Positions 32,968 to 45,010 of a DNA stretch of 64,000 bases are shown here, piece by piece. The stretch's first letter is position 1. The number at the start of each line of letters is the position of its first letter. The position numbers and the translations under genes were made by a program. Origin of the DNA: an uncultured Alphaproteobacteria bacterium (GTDB taxonomy: Bacteria > Pseudomonadota > Alphaproteobacteria > Rhizobiales > Xanthobacteraceae); NCBI GenBank assembly GCA_963739735.1, contig CAVUBV010000009.1, positions 36,777 through 100,776 on the forward strand, in the 5' to 3' direction. The notes under the pieces are model-generated. The model did no database searches. It saw nothing but the letters and a program-made list of their open reading frames with translations, and was not told the origin of the DNA.

Positions 32968-34020
32968 TTACGCCGTCAGCACCACGCGGCCGACAATCTT
33001 GCCGGCGCGCAGGTCGTCGAGCGTCTGCGAGGCTTGCGCGAGCGGCCGCTCGGCGATCGGCGGCGGGGCGATGTTCTTTGCGCGCACCAGGTCGATCAGT
33101 TCGCGCGCTTCGGTGAGCGTGCCGGTCTGCGTGCCCTCGATGCACATGGCCTTGAGCGGGAACATGGCGACCGCGGTCGAATAGCCGCCGCCGATCAGGC
33201 CGGTGACCACCACTTTGCCGCCCTTGGCCAGCACGCCGGTGGCAAAGGCGAGCGATTTGTCGGAGCCGGCGAAATCGACCGCCGCATAGATGCCGCCGCT
33301 CGCTTTCATGCAGCGCCTTGCGCGCGTTTGCGTCCGCCGGATCGAAGGCGGCTTGCGCGCCGGCGGCAAGCGCCGCCTCGCGCTTCTTGGCGTCGATGTC
33401 GGCGACGTATGGCGCCGTGCCGTACATCGCGCGCGCAAGCGCCAGCCCCATCAGCCCGACGCCGCCGAGGCCGACCAGCAAAAGCGGCGCGCGCGCGGCG
33501 CGGTCCGCAGAGCCGCTTCAGCGCGGCGTATGCGGTCAGTCCCGAACACATCAGCGCGCCGGCGTAAGACGACGACAGCGGCGCGTGCTCGATCAGATAA
33601 CGCGGGTGCGGCACCAGCACATGCGTGGCGTAGCCGCCGTCGACCGTAATGCCGAGATGGCGCGGCGCGACGCAGATGTTCTCGTCGCCCACTTTGCAGG
33701 CCGGGCATTCCCCGCAGCCGATCCAGGGATAGACCGCGACCTTGGCTGCCGGGTTTGGCGTCCGCCTGCGGCCCGGCGCTCTCGACAACGCCGGCGATCT
33801 CATGGCCAAGGGTGAACGGCAGCGTGCGGCCGCTGCGCACGTCGAGCTGCTTGCCGTCGCCGAGCAGGAAATAGCCGTCTTGCATGTGCAGGTCGGAATG
33901 GCAGACGCCGCAGCGCGCAATGCGCACCAGCACTTCGTGCCTTGCGGGCTGGGGAGCCTCGACGACGGTCTCGCACAACGGGGCGCCATAGGCGGTCAGC
34001 GATTGGCGGTGCATCTGCAT
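32968..34020 (-). CDS. Zn-dependent alcohol dehydrogenase (frameshifted)
   Basis: [31 protein letters not shown]. Confidence 0.9.
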
Positions 34021-34029
34021 GAGCGGACT

Positions 34030-34885
34030 TTACACCGCGGCTTTCGCCTGCCCAGAGAAAATATTGGCCAGCCTCACGAACCCCTCTACCGGAATATTCC
34101 TCCGCCCGCGCGGTCGGCTCGATTTGGGCGGCGGCGAGCAGCGCCAGCGCGTCGACGCCGAGCGTCTTGAGGCTCTGGCGCAGCATCTTGCGGCGCTGGC
34201 CGAACGCCGCCTCGGTGACCCTCTGCAAGGCGGCGGCGTCGCAGGCAAGCGGTTCAGCGCGCGGGATCAGCCGCACCACCGAGGACGTCACCTTGGGCTG
34301 CGGCACGAAAGCCGACGGCGCCACGTCGAACATGATCTTGCTCTCGCAGCGCCAGTTTGCCAGCACCGCCAGTCGGCCGTAAGATTTGTCGCCGACTTTG
34401 GCGGTAATGCGCAGCGCCACCTCGCGCTGGAACATCAGCACGGCGACATCGTACCAGGGCGGCCAGGGCCCGGTGAGCCAGCCGATCAGCAGCGCGGTCG
34501 CGATATTGTAGGGCAGGTTGGCGATTAGGCGCGCGCGATGCCCAGCCAAATGCGCGCGCGCATCGAAGGCGAGCGCATCGCCGGCGACGATCTCGAGCCG
34601 GCCCGGATAATGCGCGGCGATTTCCTCGAGCGCGGCGATAGCGCGTTGATCGCGTTCGACGGCGATCACGCGGGCCGCGCCTTGCGCCAGCAGCGCGCGC
34701 GTCAATCCGCCCGGTCCGGGGCCGATCTCGACAACCGTTACGCCGGCAAGCGATCCGCCGGCGCGCGCGATGCGCGCCGTCAGATTAAGATCGAGCAGGA
34801 AATTCTGGCCGAGCGACTTCTTGGCGGTGAGGCCATGCCGGCGGATGACCTCGCGCAGCGGCGGCAGGTCGTCGATCTGGGCCAT
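34030..34885 (-). CDS. rsmA: 16S rRNA dimethyladenosine transferase (frameshift near the 3' end)
   Basis: [31 protein letters not shown]. Confidence 0.96.
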
Positions 34886-34894
34886 TTAAACCAC

Positions 34895-34985
34895 CCGCTC
34901 GTCCCCGCGAAAGCGGCGACCCACGGCGTCTCGTTCTGACTCTGTCATCATGGCGCTGAATTCCCGCTTACGCGGGAATGAGCGG
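34895..34985. repeat. Paired REP element (CGTC-type) between pdxA and rsmA
   Basis: ccgctcgtccccgcgaaagcggcgaccca ... ttcccgcttacgcgggaatgagcgg in inverted arrangement. Confidence 0.8.
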
Positions 34986-36001
34986 AGTTTTTACATTCGC
35001 CGAAAGCCGCGCGGCGAGCGCCAGCGCCGCCACCAGGCTCGACGGATCGGCTTTGCCGGTGCCGGCGATGTCGAAAGCGGTGCCGTGATCCGGCGAGGTG
35101 CGCACGAAGGGCAGGCCGAGCGTCACGTTCACCGCGCGCTCGAAGGCGAGCGTCTTGATCGGGATCAGCGCCTGGTCGTGATACATGCACAACGCGACGT
35201 CGTAGCCGGCGCGCGCGCGTTCGTTAAACAGCGTGTCGGCCGGCAGCGGCCCGACCGCGTCGATGCCTTCCGCGCGCAGCCGCGCGACCGCCGGCGCCAC
35301 GATGGCGGCGTCTTCAACGCCAAGCGCGCCTTCCTCCCCGGCATGCGGGTTGAGACCGGCGACCGCGAGGCGCGGGCGCGCGATGCCGAAGCGCGCGGTC
35401 AGGTCGCGAGCGACGATGCGCCCGGTTTCCACCACGAGGTCGGCGGTCAGGTGCGAGACCACCTCGCGCAGCGGCAGATGGATGGTCACCGGCACCACCG
35501 CGAGTTCGGCGACCACAGCATCATCACCGGATGCACCGGCTTGCCGGTCGCCTCGGCGGCGAGCCGGGCAAGGAATTCGGTGTGGCCCGGCTCGGCAAAG
35601 CCGGAACGGTAGAGCACATTCTTGGCGACCGGGTTGGTGACCAGCGCGGCGGCTTCACCGGCCAGCACGTCGGCGACGGCGCGGCGGATCGAGGCGATGG
35701 CGGCCGGCGCGCTGCTAGCGTCGGGCTTGCCGGGCGCCGCGGTGATGGGCAGGCCGAGCGGGACGACCGGCAAGGCGCGCTCGAAGGCGGCGGCGGCCTG
35801 CGCCGGCGCGACGGTGGCGAGCGGCACGTCGAGGCCGAGGACGCGGGCGCGCTCGCGCAAGAAATCCGGCTCGCCGATGAGATAGAAAGCCGGCAGATCG
35901 AGCTCGACGCGGCGGCGCCAGACGGCGAGCGTCAGATCGGGGCCGATGCCGGCCGGCTCGCCGATCGTCAAGGCCAAGGGAAGGCCGGCGGCTGCGCTCA
36001 T
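34968..36001 (-). CDS. pdxA: 4-hydroxythreonine-4-phosphate dehydrogenase (frameshift near 35510)
   Basis: [41 protein letters not shown]. Confidence 0.96.
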
Positions 36002-36934
36002 TTGTATTCGATCATCGCGGATTTGCGGATTTCGTCGAGAAATCTGTTGGACTCGGCCTCGAACCGCTTGGCGAAAAAGCTCTTGGCGCACTTCGCGCTT
36101 GAGCGGCGAGTCGGTCTTGCTTTCGCGCTTGTCGCACAGAGCGAACATCTGCAGGCCCTGCGCCGTCGGCTCCGGCGTGGTCAGGTGGCCGATCGGGATG
36201 CTGTCGAGCACCTCGCGCAGTTGCGGCGCGAGATCGGACGAACTGCGCGTGACCGGCTCGCGCACCGCCACGTCGCGCAGCGCGCGCGATACGGCCAGGC
36301 CCTCGTTGCAGTTGACGAAGCGCGAGCGCAGGTTTTCCGCGACGTGCCGCCGCGCATCCACCACCGCCGCGCTGGAACCGGGCGGGACCAGGACCATGAC
36401 CGGGTAGAGCGTGTAGATGTGGCCGACCACGTCGGCCTCATTGGCGTTGCGCTCGCGCAGCGCGTTGTTGACTTCCGCTTCGCTGACTTGCAGCGACGCG
36501 CCGAATTTGCCGCGCACCAATTGGGTCCAGGTCAATTCGGCGCGGATGCGCGCCTTGAGCGTGCTCGGCGCGATGCCGGCGCGCTCGATCATCTGGGTGA
36601 ACTGCTGCACCGGCGCGTGCTGGGCCCGCGCCATGTTGGCGAAGGTCTGGTCGACTTCCGCTTCGGGCACCTCGAAGCCGTAGCTCTTGGCCTTGGCGAT
36701 CTTGATACGGTCGTCGATCAGCGCGTTGATGACCTCCTGACGCGGAGGTGCCTTGTGTGTCGTCAGCGCGATCAGCTTGGAGCGCTGCTCGATGTCGTAG
36801 GCGGTGATCGGCGAGCCGTTGGCGATCGCCACCACCTGCGCGACGGCGGTTGCCGGCGCGGCGAGGCCCGCGGCCAGCACGGCCATCGCCGCCCATCGGC
36901 GCCAACCATCAAATTTCACGCTTGTCCTCGGCAT
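35998..36934 (-). CDS. surA: SurA-like periplasmic chaperone (frameshift near 36080)
   Basis: ANGSPITAYDIEQR, LIDDRIK; located between lptD and pdxA. Confidence 0.85.
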
Positions 36935-36992
36935 CGCGACTTCCATTGCAGCGCCCGCTCGCGGTCGGCTTCCGCTTTCCGCCGGCGTCCCA

Positions 36993-39484
36993 TCAAAGCC
37001 CGCCAATCCCGCTGACCCCCTGGCTCACCGCGGCGCCGCCGAGCGTGCGCAAGGTCAGTTGCAGCATGATCTGGTGATCGGCCGACGGGTTCCCACTATA
37101 GACGTAATTGGTAACGTAATTCAGGGCCAAGATGAGGCAATCGTCGACATAGCCGAGGCCGATCCGGGTCTGGTCGAATTTGCCGGCATTGATGTCATAG
37201 CGCGCGGCGCCGAGCAGCACCCAATTGGCGTCGAGCTTGAGCGAGCCGGTGCCGAGAATGCCCTGGCGGCGGTCGAGGAAGCCGATCTGCGGCTGGGCGG
37301 CGTAGTCGCCATAGAGCAGGCCGGCGCTCCAGCGGTCGAAGTGGGCCGTGGCCTCGAGTTCGGTGCGCCGCACCGCGAAACTGTCGTTGTCGAAGCGGAA
37401 GCGCGAGGTGAAGGTATAGGTCTTGTTGGGCTGGTAGGAGACCCGCGCCACGTAGTCGGAGAGCGTGGTATCGAGCCCGCTGTTGAGGCCGGCATTGGCG
37501 ATGTCGCCGGCGGCGAACGAATTCTGCCCGAACAGGCTGTAGGACTGGCCGAACAGCGCGTTGACCGAAGCCGCCTTGGTTGAATTGCGCCGTGTACTGC
37601 ACGCCGTAATTGGCGCGGCCGCCGCCCTCGACGCGGTCCCAGCCGGAGAATTTGTCGACGCGGAACAGATTGCTGTCGTCGAAGATCAGGCTTTGCGCGT
37701 CCTCGTTCGGCCATTTGCCGATCTGCGTTTCGTTCGGCCGCGCGATGATCTGGGCGATCGGCTCCACCGTCTGCGTGCCCCAGGATTCGACGCTGATGAA
37801 CGGGTAGCGGTATTCGAGGCCCACCGTCGGCATGGCGCGCACCAGTTCGCTGTTGCCGGTGCCGATGTAGTTCGCCACGCCAGGATCGGAATTGATCTGC
37901 ATGGAGGCGGCGTCGGCGCGCAGCGACGCGAAGGGCGTGAACACCTGGCCGAATGAATCGGTGTAGCTCGCGCGCCAATGCGTCTCCGCCGAAAAGCGGC
38001 TGTAGGTGCCGGGGATGCCGCGCAACAGGCAGTTGATCGAATTTTTGATCGCCGGATTGGCGGTCTGCGTGCAGGTGCCGCCGTTCAGCGCGGTCTGCGT
38101 GACGGCGTCGAAATTGGCCTGGTTGCGCGTCAGGCTGGTGAAGTTGAGGTTGTAGCCGAGCTCGCCGCCGAGCACCGGATGATCGAACGTGTAGGTGTAA
38201 TCGACCACCGGATGGATGACCGGGATCTGGTTCTGCACGTCGGCTTCCGAGAAGCCGAGATAATAGATCGAGCGGGCGTCGAAATAACTGCGGTTGCCCT
38301 TGCCGGTGAGATAAATCTGCGAGACGCCTTCGGTGATGCGGGTTCTGTAGCGGATTGGTGATGCGGTAGCGCGACAGATGCGGGTTGTAGTCCTGCAGGA
38401 AGGTGCGTGTCGGACAGCATCAGCGCGTTCCAGCCCCAGGTCCAGTGGCGGTGAGGGCGAACTGGCCCGCGCTTTCCACGCTGCCGCGCCAATCGCGATA
38501 GCCCGGCGTCGGCATGCCGTCATTGTGCGCTGGAAATAGCTCCGGCTCGGATTGGTGGATGCCGGCGGCGCGGATCGAATAGGCGCCGTTGATCAGGCGC
38601 TGGCGGAATTCGCCCTGCATCAGCAGGCCTTGCTTGGAGGTGATCATCGGCGCGATCGTCGCGTCGTAGTCCGGCGCCAGCGCCCAGTAGTAGGGTACTT
38701 CGAGCGCGACGCCGTATTTCGAGCTCGAATTGATCGTCGGCATCAACATGCCGGTTTTGCGCTTGACGGTCGGATCGGGCGCCGAGAAGTAGGGCAGCCA
38801 GACGAGCGAACGACCGAAGAATTCGAGGTGGGCGTCCTCGAAATACATCATCTTTTCGCCCTGGTCGTGAATGATGCGCGCGGCTTTCACCTGCCAGAGC
38901 GGCGGCTTCCTCGGGTCGTCCTTGCAAGGCGCGCAAGCGGTGTAGACGCCGTTATGCAGGACGGTGAAGTTGCCGCCGGTGCGCTCGGCGCGCGCGGCCG
39001 CCATGCGGGTCTGGTCGGGGGCGTCAAGCCGCAGCGAGTCGACGAACCCGTCGCGATAGTCGTCCGACAGATCCATGATGCTGCCATAGGTGACCTTGCC
39101 GTCCTCTTCGCGGAGCTGGACGTTGCCCTCGGCGTGCAGGCGCTTGGAGGTCTGATCGTAGACCACGCGGTCGGCTTGCAGCGTCGAGCCGCCATAGTAG
39201 ATCTGCACGTTGCCGACGGCGGCGACGCGATGATTGACGTAGTCGTAATTGATCTCGCGCGCCTGCACGAGCATCTGCTTCTGCCCGGACTTGTCGCGCT
39301 CGATGGCGATCTTGGAGCGCGGCGGCGGCGGCGGGCGCTGCGGGAACTGCAGGTCCTGCGCCATCACCGGCGCGGACGCGAGCAAGCCGCCGCAGACCGC
39401 GAGGCCGAGGACGGCGATAAAGGCGGCGACGCCGCGCCGGCGCGGCCGGCGCAACTCTGGACGAGCGCAAGCTGGCGCCGCCAT
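36993..39484 (-). CDS. lptD: LPS-assembly protein LptD (several frameshifts)
   Basis: GVYTACAPC..PPLWQVKA, PYYWALAP, PNEDAQSL, DKFSGWDRVEGG, LTLRTLG. Confidence 0.93.
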
Positions 39485-40579
39485 CACCCGTCCTCCTGGT
39501 ACAACAACGCAATAAACCCGGTCAGGCCCCCGACAAGCACAGGCAGCCAAGCCGCTGCCACAGGGGACATCAGCTCGGCCTTGCTCAAATCCTCAGTCAC
39601 TTTCGATAAGAACGTAAAGCAGAAAGCCCAGTGCCACGCCACTTAAAACCATCTTCTGCACCCCGCCGAAGCGGAAGAACCGTAAACTGACGGCGGCGGC
39701 AAGGAAAACCATGGCGGCCAGCAAAAACGGCCGCGCCAGAAGCTTCTGGAACTGCAGTCTATAGCCTGCGGCGCCAAGCCCTGCGTGCTCCGCAATCTTG
39801 ATATACAGTGGTAGTTCCCAAAATGGCACGGTTTCCGGGCGTCGCAAAACTTTCACGGACCTGTTCCGGCGTCAGGCTGGTCTTGAGCTGGAACACGCGG
39901 ATGGTCGACCGGCAGCACCCCCAATTCGTTGATGCGGGCATCGCGCAGTTCCCACACCCCCGGCTCCAGTACCGCCGCGCGCGCCTCGATGCGCTGCTTG
40001 AAATGCCCGGCATTGTCGAAGGTGAAGATGGTCACGCCGTTGAGGTTGACGCCCTGGTCGCGGCTGGTCTTGGCGTTGATGATCGCCATGCCGTCGCTGC
40101 TGCGCTGGCTGGTCCAGTAGTTGCTGCCGATGAGCGCGTCCGGGTTCTGCCCGAACAGCTCGGCTTCGTAGCGCTTCGAGCGCTCCTGCATGACTGGCGG
40201 AGACCGGATTGTAGACCGTGGTGGCCAGGACGCCGAGTACGAAGGCGACGATCAGCGCCGGCGCGATGAATTGCCAGGCCGACATGCCGGACGAGCGGGC
40301 GACCACCAGCTCCAGCCGCCGCGACAGATCGAGGTAGCAGGACATGGCCGCGATCAGCACGCAGAACGGCATGATCCGCTCGGTCACCTGCGGCACCCGG
40401 TAGAACGAGGTCTTCGCCACCAACAGCGCCGAGACGTGCGGGATGTCGCTCGAGCGGCGCATCAACTCGATATAGTCGAGCAGCGCCACCAGCGCGAAAA
40501 TGCCGACGAATACCAACAGCGTCGCGCTCAGGAAACGCAGCCCGAAATAACGCGCCAGGGTTCCGCCGACTATCTGCAT
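39484..40579 (-). CDS. lptG: LPS export permease LptG (frameshifted)
   Basis: LSRRLELVVARSSGMSAWQF, SLRFFRFGG. Confidence 0.9.
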
Positions 40580-40586
40580 CGTGTGC

Positions 40587-41749
40587 TCATGATGTGGCGA
40601 GGCGCTGGGCGATGCGCTCGGTGAGCGTGGTGAGCCAGTTGGCGAAGGCCGCGGGCGGCTCCAGGATCAGGCCGCGGTGGATCACGTAGAGCCCGCCGCC
40701 GCAGGCTAAGATCATCGCCACGTATTGCAACGACAGCAGCCACGGGAATATTGGCGCCGAACACGGTGGAGACGAAGCCGGCGAGCCGGAGCAGCGCCAC
40801 CCCGCCGATGGCGCCCGAACATCGACACCGTGCGGCTTTGCCGGTTGGTGCGCGGCGCGCCCAGATAGGCGAAGGCGATGATCACGAAGGCGATCGGATA
40901 AAGCGGCGCGATCAGCCGGTCGTGCAGTTCGGCGCGGAACTGGCCCGGCTGCTCGATGAAGAACTGGTCGCCGGCGTCGGGCGAAATCAACTGCCAGAGA
41001 TAGCGCTCGCGGATCGAGTATTTCACCGCCTGCGCGCCGCCGGCGAACTGCGACAGGTCGAACGCGTAGCGGTCGAACACGACCATGGCCGGGTCGCGCT
41101 GGTTGAGGTCGTGGCGCTGCACGATGCCTTTCTGCAGGATCAGGAAGGTGCCGTTGTCGTTGTCGATGAGCTCGCCGATCTCCGACATCACGGTGATGCG
41201 CTCGGCCGGATTGCGCCGGTCGTCGAGGAAGATGCCGAGCAACTGGCCGCTGCGGTTGCGTTCGCGGATATGGATGGTGACGCCGTTTTCGATCGAGGTG
41301 AAACGGCCGGGCTGCACGATCGTGCTCACCACGTTGGCGCGCACCTCGGTGAGCCAGTCGCGCAGCATGCGCAGGCCCTTGGGCGCGAAATAGGCGCCGA
41401 TCGCCATCACGAACAGCGACACCACCAGCGTCACGGACAGGAAGGCGCGGAACAGGATCCACGGCGACATGCCGGCCGAATTCATCACGATGATTTCCGA
41501 GTCGGTCGACAGCTTGTTGAGCACGTGCGCGACCGCGATCAACAGCGCGATCGGCGCGATCACCAGAACGAGCAGCGGAATGATCAGCCCGGTGATGCCG
41601 ACGAATACCAGGATCGTCTGCCCCTGACCGGTCATCAGGTCGATGTCGCGCAACGCCTGGGTAACCCAGATCACGGCGGTCAAGCTGACCAGGACGACCA
41701 GAAAGGCGCCAAATGTCGTGCGGAAGATATATCGGCTGATCGACCCCAT
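40587..41749 (-). CDS. lptF: LPS export permease LptF (frameshifted near the 3' end)
   Basis: RYIFR, DSEIIVMNSAGMS, PGRF, ELHDRL. Confidence 0.9.
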
Positions 41750-42113
41750 CCGACGCGTCGTCCCCCAATGCAGGCGCACAAAGCCCTCCGCCCGGCACCC
41801 CCCGGACGCAGAGCGCAAACCAGCTTAAGTCCCAACCCCCGTCAGGTTTACCTTGATCCTTCGACAAAGTGGCCGCGCAAAGGCAAAGCCGTTGAACATG
41901 CACAACAAAAGGTAAAAGCCGCCGGCCCGATGCCTGCGCCGGGGCCCCGATTCGGGCAAGCGAATGGGGCAAAAATGCCGGTATTTAGGGGGTCGGTTCC
42001 GCGGACCCGTTGAAAACCCTGGACTTGAGGGGTTTCGGGGCTTTGCAGTGGCCGGCGCGGCGGGCCATATGGCTATCGAAGTACCTCGTTTGCCCTGATT
42101 GAGGATCAAGCCG

Positions 42114-43627
42114 ATGTCCGACGCCCTGAAGCTGGGGTTTGCCCCGTTCGCCGCACCCGCGACGGGCGTTCTCATCGTGTTCTGCGACGACGCGCTCAAA
42201 TTCGGCCGTGCCACCACAAAGGCGATCGCTCCCGCCGTCGGTCTGGTGGCGCGCGCGGCCAAGGCCGAACGTTTCACCGGCAAAAGCGGCTCGGCGCTCG
42301 AACTCAGCGTGCCGGAGGGCCTCGACGTCGCCCGCCTGGTGGTGATCGGCAGCGGCAAGACCAAGGGCAACTCAAGCCTCGCGCAGAAAGACCTGCTCAA
42401 GCTTGGCGGCCTCGCCATGGGCAAGCTGCCGCTTTCCGCCAGCGAAGCGACCGTGTTCGCCGAATTGCCGAGCGGGGCGCTGCGCGCCGAGCAGGCCGCC
42501 GATCTGGCGCAGGGCGTGCGGCTGCGCGCCTATGCCTTCGACCGCTACAAGACCAAACGCAAAGAGGACGAGAAGCCGCCGGAACAGCGCAGCGTGACGG
42601 TTTGCGTGAGCGATGCCGCGGCCGCGCGCAAGGCTTACGCGAGCCGCGCGGCGGTCGGCGACGGCGTCGCTCTGGCGCGCGATCTCGTCAACGAGCCGGC
42701 CAATGTGCTCTACCCGGAAGAATTCGCCCGCCGCGCGGCCGACTTGAAAAAAGTCGGCGTCACGGTCGAGGTGCTCGGCCTCAAGGAACTCAAAAAACTC
42801 GGCATGAACGCGCTGCTCGGCGTCGGCCAGGGCTCGGCGCGCGAAAGCCGCGTCGTCGTCATGCGCTGGAACGGCGGCAAGAAGAACGACGCGCCGCTCG
42901 CCTTCATCGGCAAGGGCGTGTGCTTCGACACCGGCGGCATTTCGATCAAGCCGGCCGCCAGTATGGAAGACATGAAGGGTGACATGGCGGGCGCGGCCTG
43001 CGTCACCGGCCTGATGCAGGCGCTCGCCGCCCGCAAGGCGAAAGTCAACGCCGTCGGCGTCATCGGCCTGGTCGAGAACATGCCGGATGGCAACGCGCAG
43101 CGGCCGGGCGACATCGTCAAATCGATGTCGGGACAGACCATCGAGATCATCAACACCGACGCCGAAGGCCGGCTCGTGCTCGCCGACGTCATCTGGTACG
43201 CGGCGCAGCGTTTCAAGCCGAAATTCATGATCGATCTGGCGACGCTGACCGGCGCCATCATCATCGCGCTCGGTCAGGAATATGCCGGCATGTTTTCAAA
43301 CGACGACCGGCTCTCCGAGCGCCTGAGCCAAGGCGGGCGAGGCGACCGGCGAACTGGTCTGGCGCATGCCGCTGGCGCCGGCCTACGACAAGATGATCGA
43401 TTCCAAATTCGCCGACATGAAGAACACCGGCGGCTCGCGCTGGGGCGGCGCCATCACCGCGGCGCAATTCATCCAGCGTTTCGTCGCCGAGAAAACGCCG
43501 TGGGCGCATCTCGACATCGCCGGCACCGGCTTTCGACTCGCGCCAGAGCGACATCAACAAAAGCTGGGGCTCCGGCTGGGGCGTGCGGCTGCTGGACCGG
43601 CTGGTGGCGGATTATTACGAGCGGTGA
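42114..43627 (+). CDS. pepA: Leucyl aminopeptidase (frameshifts near 43330 and 43530)
   Basis: [39 protein letters not shown]. Confidence 0.96.
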
Positions 43628-43652
43628 GGGCGCGCGCGCCAATGATCGCACC

Positions 43653-44106
43653 ATGACCGAAATCCTCTTCTACCACCTGCAAGGGCCAGAAGCTGGAAGG
43701 CGTGCTCGCGCCGCTGTTGGAGAAATCGCTCGAGCGCGGCTGGAAGGTGATCGTGCAGGGCGCCTCCGAAGAGCGCATCGAGGCGCTCGACGCGCATTTG
43801 TGGACCTACCGCGACGACGGCTTCCTGCCGCATGGCACCTGGCGCGAGCCGGAGGCGGCCGAGCAGCCGGTGCTGCTCACGGTCAACGAGGGCAATCCGA
43901 ACGCGGCAAGCGTGCGCTTCCTCATCGACGGCGTCGCCGTGCCGGAGGACGCCGGCGCCTACCAGCGCATCGTGCTGCTGTTCGACGGCGAGGACGAGGA
44001 CGCGGTCGCCGCCGCCCGCGGCACTTGGGCCGACGCCAAGGCCAAGGGCTTCGAGGCGACCTATTGGCAGCCGGACGAGCAGGGACGTTGGGCCAAAAAG
44101 GCCTGA
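43653..44106 (+). CDS. holC: DNA polymerase III chi subunit (frameshift near 43685)
   Basis: [28 protein letters not shown]. Confidence 0.92.
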
Positions 44107-44256
44107 TTGCCTGCTAGGCCAATGGCCTATCGGCCAATGCCCCATAGCCACTCGGCTTGGTTAACCCATTGGCCAGCCTCGGCTTGTGGGCGCCTTCGTG
44201 ATGACGCAAAATAGCTGTTAAGGGACAAGCGGATAGTTCGCCCGGGGGAGACCGTT

Positions 44257-44997
44257 TTGCGTTGTCGCGCCGTTTCCAGGATCGCGCTCATTGTGGCTGT
44301 CGCCGGGCTGGCTCTCGCCGGTTGCAAAAACTCGTCCGGGGTGTCGTTTACAGATACCAGCTCGGGCGGGTGGTTCTCCAAACCCATTGACGTGCTCGCC
44401 AAGCCGTCTTGGGCCAGCGCCGCCCCCGAACATCAAAATGTCCAGCTCAATCCCAAAGGACCGGTCGCCCCGGAGCAACTGGTCGGCGCCGATGGCCGCT
44501 GCGGCGCGCCGGTCGTGGAAGCCGCGCCTCCCGCGGCGCCCGCCGCTCCTGCTGCTGCCGCCGCGGCTCCGGCGGCGCCCGCCGACCGGCCGGTCGGCTC
44601 CATGGCCGGCGATCTCGCCCGCGCGCCGATGCCGGCGGCCACACCCGTCTCGGTCAATCCCAATCCGGCCCCGGAGGAGCCGCCGCCGGGCGCGCCCCAG
44701 GTCATGGGCGGCATCGCGCTCGGCATGAGCGAATGCGACGTGGTGCGCCGCGCCGGGCTTCCCGGCAATGTCAATATCGGCGCCGGCGACAAGGGCGACC
44801 GCAAGGTCGTGCTGACCTATCTGACCGGCACCTGGCCCGGCATTTACACCTTCGACTCCGGCCGACTGAAGATCGTCGACCGCGCGCCCGAGCCGCCGCC
44901 TTCGGCCAAGCCGCCGGCGAAAAAGAAGCGGGCGAAGAAATCGGCCAAGCCGAAGACCGCCGCCAATCGCGAGGTCTTCCGGCCTTACGTGCAGTAA
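44257..44997 (+). CDS. Pro/Ala-rich lipoprotein of unknown function
   Basis: LAGC lipobox; GIALGMSECDVVRRAG, PGIYTFDSGRL. Confidence 0.75.
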   Translation: MRCRAVSRIALIVAVAGLALAGCKNSSGVSFTDTSSGGWFSKPIDVLAKPSWASAAPEHQNVQLNPKGPVAPEQLVGADGRCGAPVVEAAPPAAPAAPAAAAAAPAAPADRPVGSMAGDLARAPMPAATPVSVNPNPAPEEPPPGAPQVMGGIALGMSECDVVRRAGLPGNVNIGAGDKGDRKVVLTYLTGTWPGIYTFDSGRLKIVDRAPEPPPSAKPPAKKKRAKKSAKPKTAANREVFRPYVQ

Positions 44998-45010
44998 CCG
45001 GCAGCACCGC

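Noticed and set aside
35486-37006. SurA-PdxA fusion ORF (also PurF-SDR at 6426-8723 and PepA-HolC at 42099-44117)
   Set aside because: Caused by single-base indels near gene ends; each partner has its own start and stop.
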